From positions 34,087-98,086 of the forward strand of contig JAISYJ010000137.1 of NCBI GenBank assembly GCA_031270005.1: a stretch of 64,000 nucleotides of DNA, read 5' to 3'. This document shows positions 47,431-56,550 of the stretch, piece after piece (the stretch's first letter is position 1; each line of letters starts with the position of its first letter). The notes beneath the pieces are model-generated. The model worked only from the letters and a program-made list of their open reading frames with translations, was not told the DNA's origin and ran no database searches. Position numbers and translations under genes: made by a program. Source of the stretch: Hungatella sp. (GTDB lineage Bacteria; Bacillota; Clostridia; Lachnospirales; Lachnospiraceae).

Positions 47431-48918
47431 GTGAAAAAAAGCAACATAAAAAGGTGGATATCTTTTGGTATGGCAGGCATTATGACGGCAGGGGCCCTGA
47501 TGGGGTGCAGCAGCTCCGGATCGGGTACGGCTAAGGTATCGGCTACAACTCAGGGGGCGGAAACGGCACAGGAAACTTCAGCAGCAGGATCGGAAGCCCA
47601 GTCCCAGACAGGAGAAGGGGATTTTGACTGGAAGAAGTATGCCGGTACCACGCTGAAGGTAAATATGGTACAGCACAGTGTGGCTGAGGCCATTGTAACC
47701 AAGATTCCTGAATTTGAGGAATTGACCGGTATCAAGGTAGAACACTCTATTACGCCGGAGGCCAATTATTTTGATAAGGTATCCACAGCCCTTGCAAGCA
47801 GGACCGGTGAGCCGGATTTATTCATGTCAGGTGCTTATCAGCTATGGGATTATTCGGCGGCAGGTTATGTATATGATTTGAATGAGTTTTTAAACGCGCC
47901 GGATAAGGTGGCTCCTGGATATGATTTTGCAGATTTATATCCCAGTGCAGTATCCGCTCTTCAATGGGACGGAGTCCCGGGACATGCAGTAGGTTCCGGT
48001 GCCCAGCTGGGTCTTCCGCTGGCCATTGAAATTTACAGCCTTGCATATAACAAGAGAGCCTTTCAGCAGGCGGGAATAGAGGTTCCTAAGACCTATGACG
48101 AGCTGCTGGTTGCCTGTGACAAGCTTCAGGGCTGGAACGGACCGGATTCTTATGCAATGACCGTCCGTGGGGCAAGAGACTGGGGAACCATTCATCCAGG
48201 GTACATGAGCACATTTGCAAATTTTGGAGCCCAGGATTTTGCCATTGAGGATGACCGCCTGGTGTCTAAGGTGAATTCACCGGAGGCAGTGGCAATGACC
48301 GAATTCTGGGTGGACATGATCAAGAGAGGCGGATCGCCGTCATGGTCCAGATATACGTGGTATGAGTGCGGCGCAGACTTAGGAGCAGGCAAGGCTGCTA
48401 TGATGTTTGAAGCGGATAACACAGGGATTCATCAGGACTGGGAAGGGGCTTCTGCAGAGGCCGGCAATCTGGCATGGACAGTGATGCCTTTAGCAAAGGA
48501 AGGAAACACCCCCAATTCAAACTTCTGGACATGGTCCATGGCAATGAATGCAGATACAAAGAATGCGGATGCAGCATGGTATTTTATGATGTATTTTACC
48601 AGCAAGGATTTTGCTCTTTATGCGGTGACTGAGAAAAATGCTCTTGACCCGGCGCGTACTTCCGTAATCAATTCTCCGGAATTCTTAAAAAAGATGGAGA
48701 GTCACGACGGGTATATTGATACGTTTGAAAAGACCATCGGATCAACTACCATCCGTTTTACCCCTCAGCCTTATTTCTTTGAGACGACCACTTTATGGGC
48801 AACCACACTGCAGGAACTGGTAGCGGGGAATTATGCCACTGTTCAGGAAGGCATGGACAGTTTAAAGGAGAAGCAGGATAAGGTAGTAGAAGACATTGTC
48901 ATCTCTGACTATGAATAA
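47431..48918 (+). CDS. CUT1 sugar/polyol ABC transporter substrate-binding lipoprotein
   Basis: Lipobox LMGC with Ser/Thr/Ala linker; FDWKKYAGTTL, PEFEELTGIKV, AAWYFMMY; GTG start after GAGGAGG. Confidence 0.9.
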   Translation: MKKSNIKRWISFGMAGIMTAGALMGCSSSGSGTAKVSATTQGAETAQETSAAGSEAQSQTGEGDFDWKKYAGTTLKVNMVQHSVAEAIVTKIPEFEELTGIKVEHSITPEANYFDKVSTALASRTGEPDLFMSGAYQLWDYSAAGYVYDLNEFLNAPDKVAPGYDFADLYPSAVSALQWDGVPGHAVGSGAQLGLPLAIEIYSLAYNKRAFQQAGIEVPKTYDELLVACDKLQGWNGPDSYAMTVRGARDWGTIHPGYMSTFANFGAQDFAIEDDRLVSKVNSPEAVAMTEFWVDMIKRGGSPSWSRYTWYECGADLGAGKAAMMFEADNTGIHQDWEGASAEAGNLAWTVMPLAKEGNTPNSNFWTWSMAMNADTKNADAAWYFMMYFTSKDFALYAVTEKNALDPARTSVINSPEFLKKMESHDGYIDTFEKTIGSTTIRFTPQPYFFETTTLWATTLQELVAGNYATVQEGMDSLKEKQDKVVEDIVISDYE

Positions 48919-48950
48919 GCTGAGTGAATTAATATAAAGGAGGGGCAGGC

Positions 48951-49868
48951 TTGGCACAAAAAACACCGAAGGAAATCAATTATAATGAAATTCCGGCCCA
49001 TATACGCAGACGGCCGTACTATATCATCGCTCCCGGACTCCTGATCCTGATCGGGATTATGATTCCATTTGCCATAGCGATATTTTTATCGCTGACAAAT
49101 TACTCATTTAAAAATCCAAATTTTAAGTTCATCTTTTTACGCAACTGGATTCGGGTGTATCAGGACCCTGATTTTTACCATTCCCTTTGGGTTACCATCA
49201 AGTATGGATTCTTTGCAACGGGAACTCAGATGATCCTGGGGTCCGTGATCGCCATCCTGCTTCGGAAGGATACCGGATTTACAAGGGTTTTAAAGGTGGT
49301 ATTCACCTTTCCTCTGATGGTGGCTCCGGCCATTGCAGTGCTCATCTGGCAGCTGATGACTTCCAATTCGGTGGGCGTGCTGGAAAAGTTTTTAAACCTG
49401 TTTGGTGTGTATGGATTTAAGTGGGCAGCATCCCAGGAAACGGCCATGTTCACTGCGGTGCTGATAGATACCTGGGTAAATACCCCCTTTGTGCTGTTAC
49501 TGGTTTTGGCAGGGCTTCAGTCTCTGCCAAAATCCCCCTTTGAAGCAGCCGAAGTGGATGGGGCCAGTTCGTGGTTCATCTTTAAAACACTGACCTTTCC
49601 CATGCTTAAGCCGTTTATGTACATCGCTCTTTTATTCCGATTGATGGCGGCACTGCAGGAATTCGGCATTATATTTGCCCTGACTAAGGGCGGGCCGGGA
49701 AATACGCTTATGAACATTTCACTGACAGGCTATATTACAGGATTTCAATTCCAGAAGTTAGGGTATGCACTTCCCTATTTGCTGACCCTTTGGGTGATTG
49801 TCAATGTTACAGCCAGTTTTCTTGTAAACAGGCAGCGTAAAATGGCAAAGCAGGCCCAGGGATATTGA
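48951..49868 (+). CDS. Carbohydrate ABC permease
   Basis: Six TMs; EAA loop (LQSLPKSPFEAAEVDGAS). Confidence 0.92.
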   Translation: MAQKTPKEINYNEIPAHIRRRPYYIIAPGLLILIGIMIPFAIAIFLSLTNYSFKNPNFKFIFLRNWIRVYQDPDFYHSLWVTIKYGFFATGTQMILGSVIAILLRKDTGFTRVLKVVFTFPLMVAPAIAVLIWQLMTSNSVGVLEKFLNLFGVYGFKWAASQETAMFTAVLIDTWVNTPFVLLLVLAGLQSLPKSPFEAAEVDGASSWFIFKTLTFPMLKPFMYIALLFRLMAALQEFGIIFALTKGGPGNTLMNISLTGYITGFQFQKLGYALPYLLTLWVIVNVTASFLVNRQRKMAKQAQGY

Positions 49869-49886
49869 TTCAGAAGGAGGACAGTT

Positions 49887-50741
49887 ATGGAGCATTCCAT
49901 TGAAACCGCGAAACAAAGAAACAGGCTGAAAGAAGGGGCCAGGGAAACCGGACGCAATCTGGGACTTGCCCTGTACGCCCTGTATGCCCTGTTCCCTCTT
50001 ATCTGGATGCTGATCTGTACGTTTAAGAGCGATACGGAAATGTATAATACGGTCTTTATCTTCCGGCCGACACTTGCCAATTACCAGGCGGTTCTGCTGG
50101 GAACGGATTATGTCCGGGCTTTTTTTCAAAATATTATTGTTTCCGGAGGGGCAGTGCTGCTTACAGTAGTGGCAGGTGTGCCTGCGGCATATGCACTGGC
50201 CCGGTATGACTTCCGGAAAAAGGATGATATTGCATTTCAGATTTTATCGTTTAAGTTTGCGCCGGAGATCATGGTGATTCTGCCGATTTTCCTGATCTTT
50301 CAAAAGATCGGGCTGTATGATACATATTTTGGTTTGATTTGGGTTTACCAGCTGATCACCATGCCCCTTCTCATCTGGGTGGTACGGGGGTATTTTGAGG
50401 ATATCAGCGTGGAGGTAGAGCAGGCCGCTTCCTTAGACGGGTACTGCTGGTATGAAGTGTTTTTAAAGACTCTTCTGCCTCTGATCAAACCGGGACTGGT
50501 TGCCTCAGGGCTTCTGGCATTTATCTTTGCATGGAACAGTTTTACATTTCCGCTGATTCTCAGCGGGTTTAAGATCCAAACCCTTACCATTACATCCCTT
50601 CGGTATATTTCATCTGAAACCGTACATTACGGGCAGGTGGCAGTGGCGGCCACCGTAGCCGTTCTGCCGGAGATCATCGCCTGTCTGTTCATTCAGAAGC
50701 ATTTGGTAAGAGGACTCAGCTTCGGCGCTGTTAAAGGATAA
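49887..50741 (+). CDS. Carbohydrate ABC permease
   Basis: PAAYALAR, EVEQAASLDG, FAWNSF, FIQKHLVRGLSFGAVKG. Confidence 0.92.
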   Translation: MEHSIETAKQRNRLKEGARETGRNLGLALYALYALFPLIWMLICTFKSDTEMYNTVFIFRPTLANYQAVLLGTDYVRAFFQNIIVSGGAVLLTVVAGVPAAYALARYDFRKKDDIAFQILSFKFAPEIMVILPIFLIFQKIGLYDTYFGLIWVYQLITMPLLIWVVRGYFEDISVEVEQAASLDGYCWYEVFLKTLLPLIKPGLVASGLLAFIFAWNSFTFPLILSGFKIQTLTITSLRYISSETVHYGQVAVAATVAVLPEIIACLFIQKHLVRGLSFGAVKG

Positions 50742-50754
50742 GGAGGACAGGGGA

Positions 50755-51906
50755 TTGGCAGAAATAGAACTGATTAATGTTACAAAAAAATACGGATCTA
50801 AGACAGCGGTGGACGGGGTCAGCCTGACTGTGAAAGACAATGAATTCTTTGTACTGTTTGGTCCGGCCGGAGCAGGTAAAACTTCCTTGCTCAAGGTGAT
50901 CGCAGGAATTGAATTCCCCCAGGAGGGGCTGGTGAAGATAGATGGAAAGATCGTAAACCACGTGGAACCCATGAACCGGAACGTTTCCATGGTATTTGAG
51001 AATTATGCCCTTTATCCCCATTTAAGTGTTTATGATAATATCGCTTCCCCCATGAGAAGCAGGCTTTATAAGCAAAGCGAGGATTTTATCCGATCTGAGG
51101 TGGACCGGGTCACTGTGATGATGAGGATCAACCATTTACTGGAGCGAAAGCCCAGCCAGCTTTCCAATGGGCAGCGGCAGCGTGTGGCCATCGGACGGGG
51201 ACTGGTGAGAAAGCCCAATGTATTCCTTATGGATGAACCCTTAGCCCATTTGGATGCAAAGCTCCGTCATTTTATGCGGAGGGAGTTAAAAGAAATGCAA
51301 AGCAATTTTAATACCACAACCATCTATGTGACCCACGATTACATGGAAGCCATGTCCTTGGCAGACCGGATCGCCGTGGTTCATGAGGGGAGGATCGTGC
51401 AGATAGGAAGTGCCGTTGAAATGTATTATCTTCCCCGCAACGAGTTTGTCGCAAGACTGTTCGGTGAACCTGAGATCAACATTTTTTCAGGCGCTTTTAA
51501 GCTCAGTGGAAATCAGGGGCTGATTGCTGCCTTTGAACAAGACTCTGTCCTGGAGGTGACACCAGATGTGATTGACCGTATAGCCTCCCTGGATGGGGAG
51601 CAGATTGATGTGGGTATCCGGGGCAGTGACATCGCCTTTCGCTTTGAAAAACAGGACAGTACCTGGATCAGAGCCTCGGTTTATGCCAATGAACCCATTG
51701 GAAATAAGGTCATCATGACGGTTCTTGCCGGTGAAAATAAATTGGAGGTGGTTGCCCCCAATGATACCAGGGCTTCTATTGACCAGGAGGTTTATTTAAA
51801 ATTCAATATGGCAAATGCTCTCTATTTCGACCATTCCTCAAAGGAATTGATTACAAGAGCCGGAAGACAGAAATATGAAGCAAAGAGTCTAAACGGAGGT
51901 CAATGA
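50755..51906 (+). CDS. MalK-type ABC ATPase (1)
   Basis: GPAGAGKT, VFENYALYPH, LSNGQRQR, MDEPLAHLDAKLR, YVTHD; C-terminal TOBE-like region. Confidence 0.92.
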   Translation: MAEIELINVTKKYGSKTAVDGVSLTVKDNEFFVLFGPAGAGKTSLLKVIAGIEFPQEGLVKIDGKIVNHVEPMNRNVSMVFENYALYPHLSVYDNIASPMRSRLYKQSEDFIRSEVDRVTVMMRINHLLERKPSQLSNGQRQRVAIGRGLVRKPNVFLMDEPLAHLDAKLRHFMRRELKEMQSNFNTTTIYVTHDYMEAMSLADRIAVVHEGRIVQIGSAVEMYYLPRNEFVARLFGEPEINIFSGAFKLSGNQGLIAAFEQDSVLEVTPDVIDRIASLDGEQIDVGIRGSDIAFRFEKQDSTWIRASVYANEPIGNKVIMTVLAGENKLEVVAPNDTRASIDQEVYLKFNMANALYFDHSSKELITRAGRQKYEAKSLNGGQ

Positions 51907-51907
51907 T

Positions 51908-53020
51908 ATGGCAGAGCTGGTACTTAAAAATATCTATAAGCAGTATGACAATAAAGAGAAAAAAAAAGCGGCAAACGGGTATGCTGTCAATGATCTTTCG
52001 TTTCGATGTGAGGACGGGGAATTCATTGGGATCCTGGGACCTTCGGGATGCGGAAAATCCACTACCTTAAGGATGCTGGCAGGTCTGGAGGTGATCACAT
52101 CCGGAGATGTATACATCGGGAAAACACGGATCAATCATCTGCTTCCTAAGGACCGTGGAATCGGTCTGGCTTTTGAGGATTATGCCCTGTATCCGCCTTT
52201 GACCGTTTATGAGAATCTTGCTTTTAATATGCGGGCAAAGAAAAAGACGGAAGAGGAAATCAGAAAAGAGATCGGCAGGGTCGCCCCTCTGCTTAAGGTA
52301 GAAGATTTATTGCAGATGAAACCTGCTGCTTTGTCAGGCGGACAAAAGCAACGGGTCAATATTGCCAGGGCTATTATCCGGCGGCCGGGGCTCTTGCTTC
52401 TTGATGAGCCTTTAAGCCATCTGGATGGGAAAATGAGGCAGATGCTCAGGCAGGAAATAAAGAGGATGCATCATGAGATCAAATGCACGACCATTATCGT
52501 GACCCATGATCAGATCGAAGCCATGTCCATGGCAGATAAGATTGTTATTATGAAGGAGGGGAAACTCCAGCAAATGGGGACTCCCCTGGAAGTATACGAT
52601 GATCCGGCCAATGAATTTGTAGCTGGATTTATCGGAGAGCCGCCCATGAATTTAATTCCGTCGGTTATCAAAAAGGAAGGGGAACGGTATAATTTTGCAT
52701 TTGAAAACAGCGGATTAAAGGTTCTGGTGCCTGACCGTTATAAGCCTGTGGTCAGGGAAGGTCTGAAGGTGACTCTGGGTGTCCGTCCTGTGGATGTTCT
52801 GATTTCCCATGATCCGGCCACCAGCACACCGGTACCTGTTGCCGTATATGAAAATATGGGTGATGAGCGAAGGATCAGCCTTCGGGTGGGTGACAACCTG
52901 TTAAGCATTACCACAACAGATGATGTGTATTACGAGAAAGGCGATGAGGTCTATTTAAAATTCAATTCAGAAAAGACCCATCTGTTTGATGTAGACACCG
53001 GGGACCGAATCCGGGTATAA
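51908..53020 (+). CDS. MalK-type ABC ATPase (2)
   Basis: GPSGCGKST, LSGGQKQR, LDEPLSHLD, VTHDQIEA, GFIGEPPMN. Confidence 0.93.
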   Translation: MAELVLKNIYKQYDNKEKKKAANGYAVNDLSFRCEDGEFIGILGPSGCGKSTTLRMLAGLEVITSGDVYIGKTRINHLLPKDRGIGLAFEDYALYPPLTVYENLAFNMRAKKKTEEEIRKEIGRVAPLLKVEDLLQMKPAALSGGQKQRVNIARAIIRRPGLLLLDEPLSHLDGKMRQMLRQEIKRMHHEIKCTTIIVTHDQIEAMSMADKIVIMKEGKLQQMGTPLEVYDDPANEFVAGFIGEPPMNLIPSVIKKEGERYNFAFENSGLKVLVPDRYKPVVREGLKVTLGVRPVDVLISHDPATSTPVPVAVYENMGDERRISLRVGDNLLSITTTDDVYYEKGDEVYLKFNSEKTHLFDVDTGDRIRV

Positions 53021-53042
53021 AAAAGAATGGAGGATTTTTAAG

Positions 53043-54116
53043 ATGAGTATTCCGAAAACAATGAAGGCACTTGTTGCGTATTCCAAGGATGACTACCGTT
53101 TTGAGCCGGCTTATCCAACACCGGAATGCGGTCCGGATGACATTGTCATCAAGACCGAAGGCTGCGGAATCTGTGCAGGAGATTTAAAATGCAGCCACGG
53201 AGCAGCCATGTTCTGGGGAGATGAGGTCCAGCCTTCATGGGTAAAACCGCCCTTTATTCCAGGACACGAGTTTTTAGGCGAAATTGTTGAACTGGGAGAG
53301 AATGTGAAAGAATTTCAGATCGGTGACCGTGTGACTGCCGACCAGATCAAGCCCTGCGGGGAATGTAAGTTTTGTAAATCCGGCCGCTACTGGATGTGCC
53401 AGCCTCATGATATTTTCGGTTTCCAGCACACCAATAACGGCGGCATGGCAGAGTATGTGAGATATCCAAAAGGTTCTGTAATACATAAAGTCCCAAAAGA
53501 TATGCCCTTTGAGGATGCGCTTTTAATTGAGCCTTATGCCTGCTCAAAGCATTGTGTAGACCGGGGAGAAATCGGCTGTGAGGATGTTGTGGTGATCTCA
53601 GGGGCCGGAACTCTGGGACTTGGGATGGTCACTTATGCCCGCATGAAAAACCCATCCAAACTGATCGTCCTTGATATGATGGATGACAGGCTGCAGAAGG
53701 CGAAAGAATTTGGTGCCGATCTGGTGCTGAATCCTGGGAAAACGGATGCAGTGAAAACGGTCATGGATTTAACAGAAGGTTATGGATGCGATATCTATAT
53801 TGAGGCCACCGGCCATCCTTCCAGTGTGGTGCAGGGACTTTCCATGATCAGAAAGCTGGGACGTTTCGTAGAATTCAGCGTATTTTCAGAACCTGCCACT
53901 GTGGACTGGTCCATCATCGGTGACCGGAAGGAATTGGATATTGCAGGTGCCCACTTAAGTCCTTATTGCTATCCCTTTGTCATTGAAAACATAACAAACG
54001 GTAATTTAAAGACAGACGGTGTTATCAGAAATACATTCCCCATTGAAGAATGGGAAAAGGCGTTTGAATATGCCGGAGGCAAGTACGGCGACTTTAAGGT
54101 AGCTATTAAATTTTAA
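53043..54116 (+). CDS. Zn-dependent polyol dehydrogenase, EltD (erythritol/L-threitol dehydrogenase)-like
   Basis: GICAGDLKC-HGA-MFWGD, IPGHEF, C-x2-C-x2-C-x7-C Zn motif, MCQPHD-FGF, RKLGRFVEF-VF, VDWSII-D-KELD--GAHL match M. smegmatis EltD as I recall it. Confidence 0.8.
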   Translation: MSIPKTMKALVAYSKDDYRFEPAYPTPECGPDDIVIKTEGCGICAGDLKCSHGAAMFWGDEVQPSWVKPPFIPGHEFLGEIVELGENVKEFQIGDRVTADQIKPCGECKFCKSGRYWMCQPHDIFGFQHTNNGGMAEYVRYPKGSVIHKVPKDMPFEDALLIEPYACSKHCVDRGEIGCEDVVVISGAGTLGLGMVTYARMKNPSKLIVLDMMDDRLQKAKEFGADLVLNPGKTDAVKTVMDLTEGYGCDIYIEATGHPSSVVQGLSMIRKLGRFVEFSVFSEPATVDWSIIGDRKELDIAGAHLSPYCYPFVIENITNGNLKTDGVIRNTFPIEEWEKAFEYAGGKYGDFKVAIKF

Positions 54117-54153
54117 CCAGGCAGCAAAGCGGATCGTGATTATCCGCTTGACT
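54111..54153 (+). repeat. Family-2 hairpin repeat (short, degenerate)
   Basis: TTTTAACCAGGCAGCAAAGCGGATCGTGATTATCCGCTTGACT. Confidence 0.75.
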
Positions 54154-54170
54154 AAGGTAAGGGAAGGATT

Positions 54171-55025
54171 ATGACTAGTCATGGAGTTTATCGGTTAGGC
54201 TTGTATGAAAAAAGCATGCCGGGAGATTTATCCTTTGAGGAAAAGCTGAAAGCAGCAAAAGATACAGGGTATGACTTTATTGAAATGAGCATCGATGAAA
54301 CCGAAGAAAAAATCAATCGGCTTGATTTTGGTGATGCAAAGATTCTGATGCTTCAATCCCTTTCGCTGGATACTGGCATCCGGTTTGAATCCATCTGCTT
54401 TAGTGCCCAGCGAAAGTTCCCGCTGGGCAGCCTTCTTGAGGGGGCGGCAGAAGCAGCTGTGGAGCTTTTTAAAAAGTGTGTGGATTTTGCTGTAAAAATG
54501 GGAATACGCATCATACAGGCACAGGGGTATGATTGTTATTATGGGGAGACATCCTCAGCAGAAACCAGGGGGAAATTTCTGAGTAATTTAATGCTGTGCA
54601 TGGAATATGCCTCTGCCCATGGAGTCACCGTTGGATTTGAAACCATGGAAAACGAGTTTATGAATACGGTTGAAAAAGCCATGTATTACGTGGATCAGAC
54701 AAAAATGCCCTATCTTTCCGTATACCCTGATGTGGGAAATATATGGAATGGGACCGATGATATATACCGGGATTTAGAATGCGGGCGCAGCCATATCTGT
54801 TCGGTTCATCTAAAGGAAACTCTGCCAGGAAAGTTCCGGGAGATTCCCTATGGGGAGGGTCAGGTGGATTTTGAAAAAGTCATTCGAAAGACCAGACAGT
54901 TAGGGATCCACCGGTACGTAGCGGAATTCTGGTATACAGGTGAAGGGGATTACCATGATACCCTTATAAAAAACAACCGGTTTTTAAAAGGGCATCTGGA
55001 TGCTGCTTACGCAGGGGAGGTGTGA
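54171..55025 (+). CDS. L-xylulose-5-phosphate/L-ribulose-5-phosphate 3-epimerase (UlaE/SgbU-like)
   Basis: LGLYEKSMP, GYDFIEMSIDET, FSAQRKFPLGS, GFETME, YPDVGN, HLKET, EFW. Confidence 0.88.
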   Translation: MTSHGVYRLGLYEKSMPGDLSFEEKLKAAKDTGYDFIEMSIDETEEKINRLDFGDAKILMLQSLSLDTGIRFESICFSAQRKFPLGSLLEGAAEAAVELFKKCVDFAVKMGIRIIQAQGYDCYYGETSSAETRGKFLSNLMLCMEYASAHGVTVGFETMENEFMNTVEKAMYYVDQTKMPYLSVYPDVGNIWNGTDDIYRDLECGRSHICSVHLKETLPGKFREIPYGEGQVDFEKVIRKTRQLGIHRYVAEFWYTGEGDYHDTLIKNNRFLKGHLDAAYAGEV

Positions 55026-55026
55026 G

Positions 55027-56535
55027 ATGAAACAATATGTAATGGGTCTGGATAACGGAGGTACTATGACAAAGGCCGCTTTATTTGACCTTAAGGGGAA
55101 TCAGATCAGTGCTTTTTCGGCCAGCACGCCGATAGAAACTCCTAAATCCGGTTATACGGAGCGGGATATGGATCTATTGTGGGAGAATAACCTTCTCTGC
55201 ATGAAGGGGGCAGTGGAACATGCCGGTATTAATCCTGCTGATATCATTGGAGTATCCGTATGCGGGCACGGCAAAGGCCTTTACGCCTGGGGCAGGGATG
55301 GACGCCCGGCCTACAGGGGAATCGTATCCACTGATACAAGGGCCTGGGAATATACGGAAAAATGGTATAAGAACGGAGTTTTTGACCATATATATGAGCG
55401 GATATGCCAGCAGCTGATGCCTTGTCAGCAGGCAGCCCTGCTTGCATGGATGAAGGATCATAACAGAGACGTTTATGACAAGATCCAGTGGGTGTTTTCG
55501 GTGAAAGACTATATCCGTTTCCGGCTCACAGGGGAAGCTTATTGTGAAGCCACCGATATATCCGGCTCCGGTCTTCTCAATGTGCGGGATAAGGTATTTG
55601 ACAGAGAACTATTGGAAAGCTATGGGATCGGAGAAGTGTATGAAAAGCTGGCACCCCTTAAATATTCCTATGATCTGTGCGGGAAGCTGACTTGTGAAGC
55701 TGCCGAAAGAACCGGCCTTTTGGAAGGAACACCTGTAGCCGGCGGGATGTTTGATATTGATGCCTGTGCCATTGCAATGGATATTACAAAGCCGGAACGG
55801 CTTTGCACCATCGCAGGTACCTGGAGCATCAATGAATTTATTGCGGAAGAACCGGTGCTCCATGGGCCGGTTGCCATGAATTCCCTTTTTGCCATGCCAG
55901 GGTATTATCTCCTGGAAGAATGCAGTGCCACCTCGGCGGGAAACTTAGAATGGTGTATGGATAACCTGATTGATTTCAGCGGGAGGCAGGATGGGGAAAG
56001 CAAATATGATTTTTTAAGCCGCCAGGTTCAGTCGGTTCTGCCGGAAGAGTGCGACGTATATTTCCTGCCCTTCCTATACAGCTCCAATGCCCATCCCTTG
56101 GGCAAGGGAAGTCTGGTGGGGCTGACTACATATCATAAAAATGCCCATATCATCAGGGCTGTTTATGAAGGGGTCGTCTATTCCCATAAAACCCACATCG
56201 ATAATCTTCTTAAAGTAAGGGAAAAACCGGAAGCCATCCGAATGGCAGGCGGAGTCGTGAATTCCCCGGTATGGGTCCAGATGTTTGCGGATGTTCTGGG
56301 GATCCCCATTGAAACCATCAAAGCAAAGGAACTGGGAGCATTGGGCTGCGCCATGGCTGCCACTGTGGCTGCCGGAAGCTTCGCAGATTATGAAGAGGCG
56401 GCCCGGAATATGGTTCATGTGGAGAAAAAGGTAATGCCGGATATGGAAAAACATAAAATTTATATGAAGAAATTTAAAAAGTATACGGCGGTCAAAGAAG
56501 CTCTTGACATGGCCTGGCCGTTGTTTACCGTGTAA
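55027..56535 (+). CDS. FGGY kinase, L-xylulose/3-keto-L-gulonate kinase (LyxK-like)
   Basis: GLDNGGT-TKA, GYTERDM, GHGKG, STDTRA, KDYIRFRLTG, GGMFD, AGTWSIN, EGVVYSH. Confidence 0.82.
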   Translation: MKQYVMGLDNGGTMTKAALFDLKGNQISAFSASTPIETPKSGYTERDMDLLWENNLLCMKGAVEHAGINPADIIGVSVCGHGKGLYAWGRDGRPAYRGIVSTDTRAWEYTEKWYKNGVFDHIYERICQQLMPCQQAALLAWMKDHNRDVYDKIQWVFSVKDYIRFRLTGEAYCEATDISGSGLLNVRDKVFDRELLESYGIGEVYEKLAPLKYSYDLCGKLTCEAAERTGLLEGTPVAGGMFDIDACAIAMDITKPERLCTIAGTWSINEFIAEEPVLHGPVAMNSLFAMPGYYLLEECSATSAGNLEWCMDNLIDFSGRQDGESKYDFLSRQVQSVLPEECDVYFLPFLYSSNAHPLGKGSLVGLTTYHKNAHIIRAVYEGVVYSHKTHIDNLLKVREKPEAIRMAGGVVNSPVWVQMFADVLGIPIETIKAKELGALGCAMAATVAAGSFADYEEAARNMVHVEKKVMPDMEKHKIYMKKFKKYTAVKEALDMAWPLFTV

Positions 56536-56550
56536 GGGGGAGGACGGCTT

